From Paraspadella gotoi (taxonomy: Eukaryota; Animalia; Chaetognatha), in the NCBI GenBank assembly GCA_051294375.1, contig JBJCIZ010000239.1, forward strand, positions 6,743,545 through 6,807,544: a DNA stretch of 64,000 nucleotides. The letters run 5' to 3'. The notes beneath the pieces were generated by a model. It did no database searches. It saw nothing but the letters and a program-made list of their open reading frames with translations, and was not told the DNA's origin. Of the stretch, positions 37,017-52,300 are shown piece after piece. Made by a program: the position numbers and the translations under genes. Position 1 is the first letter of the stretch, and every line of letters starts with the position of its first letter.

Positions 37017-38588
37017 TGTGAGGCTGTGAGCGGTGTAAATATACCGCCACAACCCTGACCTGAAGGTATTCCCGTGGCTGTCGCCGTTGACTAACCAAAC
37101 AAAAATAAATCTAATCAACACAAAACACGAAAAATTATGAAAACTACAAAAACAGATTTCAAGTATCGATGGACGGGAGAGGAGCGGGACGAGGAAGACA
37201 AATTCAACCTTCCGGCCGAAGCCTTCGACGACTTCGCTCTGGCGCCCGTCTCTCCGAACGAAGCCCTCTTCTTTCGACCAGAAGACGTGGACCTTTTCGT
37301 CTGGCGGAAGGAGGCGTCCGAGTTCAAGGAATGCAACGAGGAGAACATGAGGACTCCTCAGAGCTTACCCAGAGGACGAGTTCTTAAGGATGAGAACAAG
37401 TAAAAAGAGAGAGAGAGAGAGAGACATACAAGAGACCGAGAATGAAACATTTGATGAAAATGAAACATTGGGTGATATCAGAAACGAGAAAGAACCAAGA
37501 CGAACCCTCCATTTTCCCGCCACCACCCTCGACTCAATTATTACCCTTTTAAAAAATATAATATAAAAATAACAATTAAAATAAATTTAAAACAATTATT
37601 CGAACAAATAATACGAAATATTCAAAAATATCTTTTATTCAACTAAAGAAAAATGAAGAAATAAAAAAAATTATATTACTGCGTAAACGGAAACGACGCT
37701 AGAGGGAAAACAAAATTCAATGGATTAACAAACTACCGACCGGTGGTAGCTAAGGGTGGTTGCGGACGAAGAATAGTAAAGTTACTCAAATATCAATTAA
37801 AAATATCTTAAAAGAATAGGATCGAGCCTACCTTCAATGATAACCAAATATTGATGCGATGATAACCAAAGATTGATGCAATGATCACCAAATGATTGAT
37901 GCGATGATAACCAAATATTGATGCGATGATAACCAAATGATCGATGTGATGATAACCAAATGATCGATGTGATAATAACCAAATGATTGATGCGATGATA
38001 GTCGGTAGGCTCGATAATAAAATAATTATCAATTTTCTCAGCATAACTTCTTCCATGAACGCCCTTTCCGCGGTCCGACGGTTCATGGCCGAGTTCCGAA
38101 TTCGCTCCTTTCTCAAGAAGGGCGCCTTGTTGGGCTGGTGGCGCCAGTGCAGTTTGATTCCCGGCGACACTGACGTCGACTTGAGCCAGTGGAGCAGCGT
38201 GGTCGAGTATCCGGGCATGATGAAAGCCCTCGTCCAAAGGGGGGATTTTATCCCGACATTCGTGGGCAACGGGCTCCCGGCTCCCTTCGGAGACGAGAAC
38301 GTCCCAGGCGAGAGCATCGGATTTTTCCTCAACCTCAATCATGGCGGAAGAAGTATATTCATCGACGTTTGGTTTCTTTATCGAAAAAACGAAACTCGCA
38401 AAGTGAAGGAGAACGATGGCCGCGTTTTCAGTCACTCGGGAGACGGCGCCCGTCTCTACTTCAGCCTCTGCTCCGCCGATCTACATGGACATCTCGTCCA
38501 TGTTCCATGTTCGGATCATGTCATCCATCGGTTATTTATTGATCAATACGGAGAAAATTACATGGAGCCGGACCTGCCGAACAAATGA
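35956..38588 (+). CDS. Fukutin/LicD-family nucleotidyltransferase-like gene (5' end probably lost at the gap; in-frame TGA in the first visible exon)
   Basis: Exons ~35956-36489, 37164-37399 and 38042-38588 splice in phase. Motifs GALLGWWRQCSLIPGDTDVDL (G.LLGW.R.C..IP...D.D), FIDVWFLY, FSLCSADLHGHLVHVPC, YGENY and AFDDF...RPEDVDLF...SEFKEC resemble fukutin and nematode W02B3.4-like proteins. Confidence 0.75.
36651..37051. mobile_element. Palindromic MITE with TGT...ACA termini and a 4-bp target duplication (ACCC), Ginger-like
   Basis: The left arm TGTGGCGGTATATT...GGCGAGACTG is mirrored by the right arm ...TATACCGCCACA. ACCC flanks both sides (36647-36650 and 37052-37055). The arms are family B sequence. 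Confidence 0.65.
37837..37999. repeat. Minisatellite, ~7 copies of a 22-23 bp unit (GATGATAACCAAAT(G)ATTGATGC)
   Basis: Direct tandem copies are visible in the intron of the fukutin-like gene. Confidence 0.85.
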
Positions 38589-38855
38589 ACATTTTTTTTG
38601 GTTTTTGTTCGGAGGAAACTTTTAAATTTTGGACACTTTTGCATTTTCAGTTGAAAATTAGAAGATAAAAAAATAATTTTAAAGCTTTTTTGTTGTATGT
38701 GGACAATGGATTGTAGCAATATGAGTGAACAGGACAATTTGCGGCATTTTATTTAACGTTTTCTAAGATATCAAAATATATTTGAACGGTACTCGATGGA
38801 TAGATCAGCGTCCTCTACAGACTAAATTCTAAAAAAAAAGTCATCGATGTCAGCC

Positions 38856-41800
38856 CTACTTCCCGAATCTCTCGTCGATCCTTCGACTCAGCAGCGCCCT
38901 CAGCTCCCGTGCTGCGACGCCCCTCCGGTCCACCTCGTAGCAGCAAGGGACGCGCTCCTCCATCCGAGTCAAGCAGTAGCGGTACATGTACTCTTTCTGT
39001 TTATCGTTGAAGGCTCGATCGACGTAGGCGCGGCTGATGCCGGCCACCCAGTTGAAGCGGGGTCCCTCGCAGCCTGGACGAGGGCGGAAGGAAGAGAGAG
39101 AGAGAGTCATCTGCTAATTTAAATAAAAAAAGGGTGTTCGTTTTACATTCTTCGATTAGGGGCAGGGGGATTGTTTAGAGTTAAGGACCTTAATAAGTTT
39201 AGAGAGATAATTTAAGTAATAAGAAGAGAAAATCCTAGTTGATCCATAAAAAAAGACAAAATTTACAATTGCCGACTCCCCCGCTCTCCACCGACGAAGA
39301 ACCACGGCTCCTATTTTGTCCGACGCGCCGTCGGCCTTCATCAAAATCGGCGCCGCCGCCACGGCGTCTCGCCCCGCCGCGCCTCTCCCGAACGACGGCG
39401 CCGTTGAGGTTCCCCGAAGTCGTCGGCCCCAATCGTCGGTTTTCGCTTGACCGATGCGATGAGTTCTGATCTATTGTTTCGTAGGATCGCCTTTCGTTTT
39501 CGAATCGAGCGGAAGAGGAGGCGGGGAGGGAGAAGGCGTGGAAAAAGAAAGGGTGAAGTGAGCGATGAAACTGACTTGTTGAAATTTTTGAATGAAAAAT
39601 TGCAAAATTATTATCGTTAAATTTTTAAATTAATATAAAAAGTTGCGTAACAGAAAGTTTATTAACAGGCGACGCTAACCTCCCACAACACCGACAACCT
39701 TCACAAATAAACTAAAAGTATATAATATGAAAATCTTAAAATATATTAAAAAGTATGGTGGACTAAAATCCACCAACCGTTCGTCAGCGGCCATTGGTGC
39801 CGGAGGCAAGTCATTCGCCACCCAACCCAAACGTCCGGGGTTCTAGCAGTTAAGAGGGACGGGGCGCTTAACCCTCCTGTAATACGGTGTTACAGCCTGA
39901 TCCGAAGCTCAGGGACTGCTTAAGTGCTTATATTGAACGGTTATGTCACTAACACATAACAATTATCACTGTCTCTTCAAAAGGTTATTAAGAAAGTTTT
40001 TTCTTTAACAAAAAATATTAATATGATGAAATTTTAACTAATTTTTTGAAATTTTTTTTCAAAGATAGGATTGAACAAGTAATTGTGTAACTTTAGTGAG
40101 CATTAAATTTAATTATTAGATTTATTTCATATGTTGATAATGTAATGGGATGTTAGTGTTTTCTTCTTAATCTCTTCTTAATCTATTATCCCCAAAAACG
40201 GACATTTATTTCAAGTTTGAGAAACAAGTATGAGAAAAAAAACAAGTATGAGAAAAAAAAACCTTTTTTTAAAAAAATTTAAAAAATCTATAAATATTAA
40301 TCAAAGATTAATTAATGATTATAATTAATATTAAATACGTTAGGATCTATTGATTTGTTGGTTCAGCTTTAAAAAAAAAAAGAGCATCCGCATTTCCTGA
40401 TCCCTGATCCCTGACCTTTTTCATCCCCCCCTATCGTTCTCTACCTCTTTTCCTCCGTCTGCGTCTCCTTTTCCTCCACTTCCGGTTCAACTTGGACGCC
40501 GGCGTCGCGCCGCGCCACGCCCGACAGACTCGCCGCCGCAGCGCCGCCGCCTCCCGCTTCGTCCGTCGCGACGGAGAGATCCTCGACCGGCGGCGTCGAC
40601 CGTCGATGAGAGGCGTGGCCAAATTCGCGTTTTCCCTTGGCGGCGTCGAGGTGTCCGCCATCCCAAACGTCGTTGGCGGCGTCTCTCGTCGGCGGCGTCT
40701 CTCTTTCCCCAAAACTCGAAGGCTCCGCTCGGAAGCGGATCTTACGAGGCTTCGTAGACGTTGCCGATGCAGCCGCCGACGTCGGAGCTAACGATCGAGA
40801 ATCGGGGCTCGCGCCTCCGATCGGCGAAAGCGATCCCTTCGGCGGAGAAAATCTGGCTGAAACCGCAGCATCCTTGAAGAGTGGCGGCGGCGGTGACCTG
40901 TTCATGGATCGAGAGGATCGTCGAGAGATGTTCGTCGAGTGTCGCGCATCTGATGTGAGAAGTAAAGTGGGTCACGATTCGTAACTTTTTACTAGTTCAC
41001 CGAGTTCAGTCAAATACAAAATTATGTAAAAACTTTGGCCTTTAAAAATTAGAGTTGAAATTAATGTCAGTGATTAAGGAATATAAATGAGACCCTTTCG
41101 GAAAAGAGAGCCCCTCTATATCTTTTGTCATTTTTTGACCCTCCCAAGTGTCCCTCCCATAAAATTTCATCCTCCGTAGTCCGTATTCACTATTCATATT
41201 TCTTCCTCCCTCTTTTCTCACCGTCCATAATCCCTCCGAATTCTCGGTTCACGTTGACGACGGTTGACGCTGATTTCTCCGTCGCCGCGTCTTCCGGCGT
41301 TGGCGCGGTTTCGGCTGCAACTGGCGCCACGACCGGCGCCTCGCTCGGAGGGGTTGGCTTTGCTCCTTTCGTTGACGATTCATCTGTTTTCGCCGCAGAC
41401 ACGGTGGATTTGGACAATGCTTCGTCGGACTTCGCTGCAGAGACCCCGGATTTCGTCGCTGCTTCGTCGGGCTTCACCTCGGAGACCCCGGGTTTTGCGA
41501 CTAATTCGTCAGACTTTGCCGCTGAGACTTCAGGTTTCGTCGCTAATTCATTCGCGACTACGAGGCTTGCCAACGCATCGTCGGACGCTGACGCTGTGAC
41601 CGCCGGTTTTGCGAGTGTATCGTTGGACTTCGCCGAAGGGACTTCGGCTTTCGCGAGCGTCTCCCCAGACTTCGCCGCTGCTACGTCCGGTTTGGCGCCC
41701 GGCGGCTCTGGAGGTTTCGCAGCGACGGCAGTTTTGAAGCTGATTGTAACGGAATTTCTTACTGATGATCTGGAGAATACAAACGACTATATACGTAATA

Positions 41801-44073
41801 TATATATAAATATATATATCTCACTCTTCGCTCTTCTTTGCCGACAAATCTTCGGATGATTTTTGCCCCTTTGGTCCCAGCTCTTTAATCGAATCGCCCG
41901 CCTTAAGGGATCGATTTTTCACAAATAAATATCTAATATTAATTAAACTATCAACTGTCTCTCGCTATCTCTTTCTATCTCCCTCCAGAGACGTTTTTCT
42001 AAAATTTCATTAATAAATTATATTTTCTGTAAGAGTAATGGGGGCCTTAAATAATCATAGCCTGTCCAAATTAGGGGCAAGATAGCTTATTTATTAAGTG
42101 AATGGATAATTTTATATTGGTTGTATCAATTTAATTGAATAAAAGCCCGTTGGTTTTTTGCTATCGCCGCAAAGACTTAAAAAGTCCCTCTCACCACTGA
42201 TTTATTTACCAACTCGCAACTGGCACATCCTAACTACAATTTAGGTTCAATCTCACTTTTTTGGCAAAGTTGAACAAGGCAAGTATAACCGTTTTAATGG
42301 CCTGTGGCCACCACCGGGGGTCTGAATCGGTCCAGAATCAATAATGATATGAAATTGTTACAACCAATATACATTATACCATCATACTAATATCCAATTA
42401 TCCATTCATTTACAAATAAATAAGCTATCTTGCCCCTAACATTGGACAGGTTTTGATGGTTTAAGGCCTCCATCACTCTTACAAGATAATGACATAGCAG
42501 GTCCCCGCAAGCTTTCAATCAAGGACTCTCTCACAGTCTCGTTTATTCACTCCCTTCACCGTCTCGTTTATTCACTCCCGAAGTATTATAATTATTATTT
42601 TTGCGTCGTAAATCATTCTATTCCCCGCCCCCCGTCCAAGCCTCCACTCTCCTTCAGCGAAACGTTCTCCTTGGATTTGACAGGCGACGCCTCGCCCTCC
42701 GTTTCCGCCGTCGTCTTCGACGATCTTTTGGCGAACAAACTGGATTCTTCTTCTTCGTCATCGCCGTCAACACCTCCACCCACGGATTTCTTCTTCTCCA
42801 AATTTTCCTCGGATTTTTGGCGAAAAATTTCAGAAAAGGGAGATTTGGGTTCAGAGTCAGCGTCTCCCGCGACGTCTTTCTCGGTCTCGGAGCGAGTCCG
42901 GACGAGCGGTTCCGCGGCTGAGAAATCCCGACGTCTTTATCGTCGGCCGAGGCTTCGCGAACTAAAAAGGGGGGGGGGGCGGATCGGAACCCAAATGATA
43001 AATGTGGACAAATGCAAATGGCTCAGCGGGGAAACGCTCCGTTCCGAGTGTGTGCTAAAAAAGCAAGACGGTCGCAATATAACCCGCGCCAGTGGCAGTG
43101 GGCGCCACTGAGGGTCCGTAGCCACTAGGGCCAACAGGTTAGACGCCTGACTCAGGTGGACATCACAAACAACCCAGTTGTTCTCATACATACTGTAAAT
43201 AAATAAATGAATAAATAAATAAATAAATTTAGAAATAGTTAAGTAATTTAACAAACAAATTTAAAAAAAAATGATGAAAAAAATAAACATTAAATTCTAT
43301 TAAATAGTATAGTAATATATATATATATAGTAATATATATAGTAATATGTAAACATAGAAATAGGTAATTAATTAATGAATAAATAATCTTCCCTTTTTG
43401 CATCCTCTCCTCTTCCTCATCCTCCTCCGGAACCGGCGAGCCTCGACGCTCCGCCGAAGGGATAGCGATCTGGGACGTGATCAAGGTTGGTAAGTAAATT
43501 TAAAATTAGTGTCTCAATAAAATCACTTTATGGCTGGCATCGATTGGCAACGGGCCACGCCACCTCGGATTCGAAAGATCGTGGTTTTTTTTAAACTGAT
43601 GTCACTGCTATAGTACTATACTGACGCTATATTGCCCCAATGTCCTAAGTTTCCAAACTTTTGACAGCAAAATTAAAATCTCTCACACAAGGAATTCAAA
43701 ATTTCAAATCCAGTCTTTAAGTAATTAAAGTAATTAAACGTAATAAAATACTTGATGAAAATTTGATGTTTGTCAAATGTAAATACAATCTTGTTGAATT
43801 TTTTTCTTCTAAATTTGAAAGAGTTTTCCTATTTTGACTTTAACTCTACGGAGCTGACAGTTCTCGACGCCACCACGCGCCATTCCCCCCCCCCCGCCCA
43901 ACCTCGCCAAACCCCATTTTCGAACTCACGGCGATTTCGCTCGATGAGTCCGCAGCACCTGCCGCGGAGGGGCGGCTGTCGTCGTCGTCGCTTTTTCCCC
44001 GCTGCGGTGGAGGTAGGAAAGTGACTCCCTCTCCTCGCTTGGTCTTGCGACCTTTTGTTTTTATTTGAAAAGG

Positions 44074-44133
<60 letters not shown>

Positions 44134-44583
44134 TAGAGCTCACTTAGTGCGAATACACTAATTAAATTTAAACAAAAAGAATATAAAAACCCAAGTAAAA
44201 CAAAACAAATCGCTTTAAATTAAAAACGAAACTTAACACAAATCAAATAATCGAAATAAAACAAAACAATAAAAAAAACAACAAAAATTAAAGAAAAAGT
44301 TTTATAATAAAAAACAAAAACAAAAAACAAAACATACTGGAACATAAAGCAGACGCTTCAAATGAATCAAACAAATAAAACAAAACATAATAAAACAAAA
44401 AAAAAACAAAAGCAGAACAAAAAAGAACCGTATGTAACTCCGTCGGTCTTGAAACTGAGTGGAACGACTTCGGGTTGATCCGGAATATAAGTCTCATGCT
44501 TTCGCTGCAGCCCAAGGTAACGATACTTGGGTGGAGCTGGCCGCCGGGGCTCTCGGACCCACTTCGTGCCCGACAACAGCCCT

Positions 44584-44631
<48 letters not shown>

Positions 44632-46924
44632 CGATTTTCTCAAAACGCCCCATTTCAACTTAAATTAGGCACTGAGGTTCAGGGTTATTATTTAGGGTGA
44701 AGGTTAACGAGAAAATATTAAGGTTAAGGATTAGGGTTAAGGTTAAAAGTTATATGTTTGTTAAACAGATTATGTTAAAATATTAAGATTTATGGAAGAT
44801 AAAATTTTAATTGAATGGAGACTCGCAAAAATAAAAGTTAAAACATGTATAAATATAAAGTATGATTATTTAATATGATCTTAAATGAGATTGAATTTTT
44901 CAATCTCATTTATATATTGTAGTATTGAACTTAAATTAATACATTTTCATTTTGGATTTCAATATTAATTCTATTTTTTGGTTTTTTAATACATAATTAT
45001 AGTCTTTATCAATACTGGTGATTAACAGTACTTATAGTAATATATTAATTGATTAATTATTATAATTTAGTATTTTAATGCTTAGAGATTGACTTGTTCA
45101 TATTTGGTTCTCTTTATTAGTTCAGAAGTTGAACCATAATTCAGTTTTGGTTTTGGGGAAGCATACTCTCTTACAGAGTCTATCAGCAAAAGGTTAACAT
45201 CCTAAACAGCTAATCACTATAGTGTTAAATTGTATTCAATAAGTGAAAGATATTTTGTTACTTTGCGTTGGGTCATTCTTTTTTAATCATTTAAGTTAAC
45301 CTTGCCTGACATTATTTTTTCACCATTCTAGTAGCTTTCTCGTGGCTTTCCTTCGGCCGAAAACTTTGTCACTTTTTAGTAGATCAGAATCATTTTTAAA
45401 GAAAATATCGGCCATCTGGAAACATAGTTTATACGGAACCAAGGATTTATTACAAACATTTATTCGACATTTAATTGATATACCATGGATTTATCTTTAC
45501 AAAAATACAAATAATTTATGATTTATTCTACATTTTTTTACGTTTTCTTTACGCTTCAAGATTTAGCAAGATACTATGAAATCCTTGATCCTTGTCAAAA
45601 TCTGTTCATCTGACAGCTGATGCCACAAACACGTGACCCCACAAACATAGAAAATATATAAATTAATTTTAATTTATTTTTTTTATTATGTTGTAGGATT
45701 GAACCCGCCACAATGTTTTTTTTTGTTCAGATTTAATCTATCTTTATTAATTATAATTTTACTGAATTAACTTTGTAGTATTGAAATAAAATTGCATATA
45801 TAGAATATAATCATTGTTTGTATCAAATAAAACTTTTTTAAATTAACAATTAAATCAATTTTAAGTTAAATATTAGGTTGGAGGTTATGGGTAAGCATTA
45901 GGTTAGGGATTAAGGTTAGATACTTGAGTTTTAGGTTAGGTTTAAAAATTAAGATGGTTACTGTTCAAAATTAGGATGAGATTCGGGATTAGAGTTAAGC
46001 CTTAAGGATACGGGTTATAGGTTGGGTTAGAACTTTTAAATAAGTAATACATTTAAGCTAATTATTAAGATAAAAATAAAATTTCGGGTTAAAGGGAACA
46101 CAAATAGGGGCGCTTTGGGAAAAGAGAGCCCTTTTTTTCTTCTCGCTTTTCTCACACTCTCTTCCCATCCCCTCCCCTCTCTCTCATCTTTTTCTTCTTT
46201 GGCTTCTCGTAGTCCATTGACTTTCCCAAATTCGGATCATTGTAGTGTCCCTCAACTTCAGACAACATGTCCGTCAGGAAAGTATCCGCCTATATAAATT
46301 AAGGGGCAATGGGGGAGGGGAGATGAAGAGTGTTAAAATTGGGTTTCAAAATATCATGTTTTTTTCAAAATTTTATGTAAATTATAATGTAAAAATGTAT
46401 CATATTTTCAAATTTTATATTAAATAAAGATACATGTCCATATTATATTGTCTTGCCTGTTGTCTCTCACTGCCTGTCAGTCTCCCCGTTTTTTCTGCCT
46501 ATCAGTCTGTTTATCTGCCTATACATATGGTTAGTTTAGTCTCTATGCCTACCATGCATAGCGGTTAGCAGGTCTCTCTTTAGCTCTGGCTGTATCTTTG
46601 TCTGTCTGTCTGTTTGCCTATTGAGAATACTTAGCTGGTGTACCCAACCCCTGAGATAAAGTTTGTAATAGAGGCATGACCACTGACCAGCAGAAGCGCC
46701 TAACCTCGGATTTGTTTTCTTTCTCCGGCGGCGGTGGCGGCGGCGTTGGCTCCGGCTCAGGCTCCGGCATCGGTTGCGGCGGAGCGGATCTGTTGGGGCG
46801 AGTGCCGAATTTGGAGTACTCGTCGCTGAAGTTGCGGGAGGCGAGAGAGAGAGCGAGAGAGAATGAAAAAGAAGAGTGACGATAAAAAGAGAGTGAAAAG
46901 AAAAAGAGAGAGATTGAGAGAGGG

Positions 46925-46960
<36 letters not shown>

Positions 46961-49293
46961 ATAGTGAGAGGTTGTTAAGAGAGAGCGAACGTCAATGGGA
47001 ACTATCATCACTAAGAGGTCAATATGGCAAATGTGAAGTCGAAAGGGCAAACGTGAGGACAAAACAAAAATGTATGGTCAAATGAATGAATAAAAAAACA
47101 AATCAAATAAAAAAAGAATAAAATTGAGTCTCTTTTTCAAAAGCGTACCATTTCTGTTCCTAAATCACTAAATTTAATTTTAATATTCATATTTAACATC
47201 AACTTAAATTTAAACTTATCTTTAATCGCATTCTTATTCTCTAAACTTTAACTGTAGACCTGGTTCTTAACCCTTAACCCTAACTCTAATCTTTAACCTT
47301 AAACCTTAAAATTAATTTAATTCTGAATTCAAGATGAAATGGGGCATCTTGGGAAAATGAGGCCAACGTATTGACAAGAAAGGTTCATTCACTCTTTATG
47401 AAATTTGGAGGTCCCTCCGTAAACCATCCAGGACGACGGCGTGGAAATGTTGTCCCTAATGTGAAATAAAGCTTTAATTTTATTTTAACTCAATAAGTCA
47501 CTTTTCGGTCAGTCGGTCTAATGCTAATACTAATACTTCATCAATTAAATTCATATTTGGTAGAAAGGTAAGATACCAAAAGAATTTTAAAGTGGATACC
47601 GCATGTGTATCTTCTCTCAATTCGTATGATTATGTCAGCGATTATCTTACGTCATTGCACATCAGTGTTTCTCCACAAGTCTTGGTAAATATTTTATCAG
47701 CGGCTGACACAACTCTCACAAACCTGATATCTGCTTCGGCCATTTCGTCGACGAAAACCGCAGAAACGCTCTCTCCTTTGAAGCTCTTTTTTCCTCCTCC
47801 TCCTCTTCCTTCTTCTTCTTCTTTGCCCAACGTTTCTTCTCCCCCTTCTCCCCCTCCTCCTCCTCCTCCTCCTATGATATCGTCTTCTGGCAGAGCCAAC
47901 GAAACCCTGAAGTCAAGGAATGTTCTTGTCTTTATTTGCACCGCGAGTACAATCATGTGGAAAAAAAAAGCCCCACTTTATTTCAGCCTTTAAAAACTGT
48001 ATACTTGGTTTTTAAAAAAATTAGTTTTCAAAAATTTAAGTTTATTAAAAGATAAAAAGTTAGATATAAATATATTAGAAATCGGGCTATCTATTTAAAA
48101 ATAAAATACTCCAAAACAAATCGAAATATGAAAAAATTTACTTTAATCAAAATTAATCTTTTTTTTTAAATATTTTGTATTCTTTATAGTAGATTAAAAA
48201 TGAAAAAAATTGTACTGGATATCAGGAAGGATAGCTGGATAACTGGATTGACCCAGATCCATAAATAAAAATTTTAAGATTATTTAAAGATAAATAAATG
48301 ATTAGTCATTAGTTTTTTTTTTTTTTTTTTCGAATTACTACAAAAAAGACCTGGCTTCGATTGATTTTATTAGACCTGGCTTCGATCCATTTTTCGTCGC
48401 TCGTGACGTCGTCATCGTCGTTGTCCTCGTCGTCGTCGTCGTCGTCTTCTTTATTGGCGTTAGCGTTGACCTAGATAGTTTGTTTATAATACGTCCTTTT
48501 ACGAATGTTCGCAGTGGTAACTCTTAGTGCAAGTACAGTACAGGTCTATTAAAATGGTCAAACATCACTTAAATAATTGATGAATCGATCGATGGACGTA
48601 TTTCACTCACCCATTTCAATCAATCCATGGATAAAATCGAAACGTAAATATATATTTTTAAATCAATCATTAAATCCACCATAAATGAAAATATGAAATT
48701 TTATCTATCAATCAAATTTATAAAATAAATGGATGAATGAATTAAATCGAATCAAATCCATAGATGAATTTAATTAAATTTAAATAAAATTAAAATCTAT
48801 TCAACTTAAACCAAATCAATTTAAATCAAAATCAAAATCTCATCAAATTAAATCAATCAAATCAAAATAGAATAAAAATAAAACCCAACCAATTAAAATA
48901 ACAAATAGTTAAAAATATAAAATAATGACTAACTTTTTGATTCCTCCATCTTTTCGGCCTTTGAATCTTCCAAGTCGACAACGACAGCTGAGGAAATGCC
49001 ACGTAATCGTTGACGCTCCTGTCGGTTGGGCGTGGCGAAGGTAAAACCTCTTTTATTAATTATCTTTTTATTTGGCCTACGAATAAATTTAATATAATTC
49101 ATTTAATTATTTATTAATTTTTTGAATGTTTATAATTTTTTTATTTAAAAAAAAAATTCATTAGATCAGTTTATTATTATTACTTTGTTTTAGTTAAAGT
49201 AACTTTGTTCACAAACAATTTTATTTCTATAAACTGTGTACAATCTATTTTTAGATCAAAATCTACCTCCAAATCGTCTTTCCCGCCAAAACG

Positions 49294-49334
<41 letters not shown>

Positions 49335-52300
49335 TTCCCCGTAGCGAGACCCGCGCCAGTCTCGATCAACCGGCGCCATCTTCTGCTCTTGGCGACTGCG
49401 AGAATTCAGCGACTTCACACGGCCGCCGCCGTTTCCTGACTTTGCAGGCGGCGCCATGTAGGCGTGGTCCAAAACGACGCCGCTTTTGACGACGGCGCCG
49501 TTCGCAAAGTCTTTTCTGACCGCTAGGGCGGCGTCGTGGCCTTCGCTGACATCCTTGCCGGCCTTGATTACGCCACGACGGAGATTGCCATTTACGAAGC
49601 TGCATCTTTTACCACTAGAGGCGTTTCCATCCTCTTTGCCACTTAAAAAGTCGCTTCCACGATTGACAATAAGGTCGTCGTGTTTGCCATCAAAGACGCG
49701 AATGCCATCTGAGCGTGAATCGATGGCGTCGTCGTTGCCATCTCTGTTTCTTTTCCGAATCTTTTCTCTCGTTCTCTCTTCGCTATTCTGTTCTTTCGTT
49801 CGTTCGCTCTTTCGTTCGCTTCTCTGATTTTCATTTTTCCCCCGTTGTTCGTCTCCCCTTTCTTCTCTGTTCATTTCAACCATCGGTTTTTCGTTTCCTT
49901 CTTCTCGCAGATTTTGTTTCTTTTTTAGTTTGTTGACATTTGTTAGAACATTTTCTTTCTCCTTGATAATAATCTCTTTTTCTTTCTTAGCTCCTTCTCC
50001 CTCTATTTTGAACCATTTGTCCCGGTCCGTTCTAAGCGAGGCCTTTTGTTTGTCGCAAATGATCATTCTCGTCTCGTTCGCAGCGACCTCTGGCCTTAAC
50101 CGTTGACTCCCACGAGAGGAATCTAAAAATTAACAAAAGATTCCAGTATAACATCTGGCCCATAATTATTGAGACGGCTTCCGGGGCCTGTAGGATGTTT
50201 GTCTACCAATTGGTGAATTTTTTTTTTATCGGCCCGCGCGTTTTCAAGATGCACTCAATTTCCTCTGAAGCGCGCCGTCAAGTCATTGCCAAATTCTACC
50301 AAAATCATGAACAAGAAGGAACAGCATTTACTTTACAGTGTTTTTTGAAGCTAAATGTTAGCCATCCATCTATATATCGCGTAATACAAAGAGTAAAGTC
50401 TGGAGATACTCTCAAACACAAAAAAGGCGCAGGGCGGCCAAGAAAACTCACGGCAAGACAGTTGCGCACCATCGTGAAAGGAATGGAAAATAAAGTTGGG
50501 TTTTCTACGAAAAAGCTGGCGTCTCGATTTAAAGGTCCATACGCCACATTTCACTAGAAAATTGTGACTTTTTTTGGTTCAACTTGTTCGTCTGTATTTA
50601 GTTACCGTTATTAGTATTAAAAATTATATTTTGTATTTATATTTACAATAAAATGTTATAAACTGTAACACATTCAATCTTTTGTCTCAATAATTATGGG
50701 CCAGATGTTAGGCGTGACCGCGTGAGAGACTTCTTGAAAAAATCCTCAAAAGTTAAAACGGTTAAAATCGTTGCTGAAATATTTAGTTCTAAATCATTAC
50801 GTGCTTATTAGTTACTCAAGCATGAAAAATAAGGTACATAAGTATCAAACAACCATCAAAGAAAATTCCCCACGTTTTCGTATATCGAAAACATTACTTA
50901 AATGTTCTCGAATGAAATTTTTCGAAATAAAATGAAAAAAAAAATATTGCGTTGCTATCGATCAATTTCTTTTCCGTATTGTTTAACAATCGTAGAAAGA
51001 ATTTTATTTCGAAAATTTATTTCTTTTTAAAAAGGCTTTCATTTTTTACGACATAAAAACAATTTTGAATATTTCTTTAAACGCTATCACAAGCACAGGG
51101 AGTATGAGCATAAGATTCATTTTCAATATGAGAAAAACTGTGCTACGTACAAAACTTTTTTTCATATATTTCGTCATAATTGATGATGGAATATAATTTA
51201 TGCCGAAATATATGGAAAAAAAACTTTTGTACGTAGCACAGTATTTTTCATATTGAAAATAAATTTTAAATATTGTTTAATGTAATTATTATTATTTTTT
51301 TCCATTCTTTTCAATGCATTTTCCAGACTCATGTAGAAGTTTTTTTCTGTGTTCTGTCTTTGTTTTTTGTACGGAATCATTGGAATAAAAACGCTTAAAA
51401 TATTCGTTGAGTCGATTTTATAAACTTTTTATTTATTTATTTTATTTTTTTGCTGAATCATATTCAAGCATTCTGTCGATCTATTGAGTCCTTCCACTAA
51501 CGTTAATACCGAATCGGATACCGGATACCGGATATCGGATACCGGATACCGATTCCAATAGAAAACCCAATAAACAAAATCGATTTCTATCTTTTTTTCC
51601 TCGGATCAAAACGGACACTTTTCACCAGAGGTCATCCAATTCTCGATCCAAATCTCAATAGAAATTGACAAGTTGACAAGTTTGGTTCTGTTTACAAAAA
51701 CAAAAACAAAACAAAAAAGACAGATTTATAAATTTTTTTAATTATATTTTTAAAAAAATTATTTAAAATACGTTTAAAGATACTTAATACAATTTATACT
51801 ATATACTAAATAAACTTAAATTTTAAAGTAATCAACAACAAAATCGAGTCGTTAATCATAAACGTGATGAATTTCTTTATCAATTTAATTGTCTAATTAT
51901 TTATATATTGATTTTTAATTTCGCTATTAAATGAACAAATAAATGACTCGGTTAACCGCCTGTTTTAATACTCAATCGTCTGAACTTAATTTTAACTTTT
52001 TATAATCCTTAATTCTAATCCTTAATTCTAATCCTTAATCTTTAACCATAATCCCTAACCCGGTGATTCTTAATCCCTAACTTTATCTCCTAATCCTAAA
52101 ACCTAATCCCTAATTATAATCCCTTAGCTTAACCTGAACCTAAAACTAACTTGGATTCTAAATTTAAACTGAATCGGGGCGCTTTTGGAAAATAAGGCCC
52201 TACGCCTCGGCCTGTTCTTTTGTTTACCAAAATTTCCTCTATCGAATTTTGCCGACGTCGCCCTCTTCGTTTTATCACGGTGAGATCCAGCGCTTAGCCG

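Noticed and set aside
37797-38435. Long minus-strand ORFs (212 aa and 176 aa)
   Set aside because: They are antisense shadows of the fukutin-like exon, extended through a stop-poor minisatellite.
43023-43160. GC-rich intronic segment with short stems as an HDV-like ribozyme or ncRNA
   Set aside because: The nested double pseudoknot could not be built convincingly and no full second copy is present in the window.
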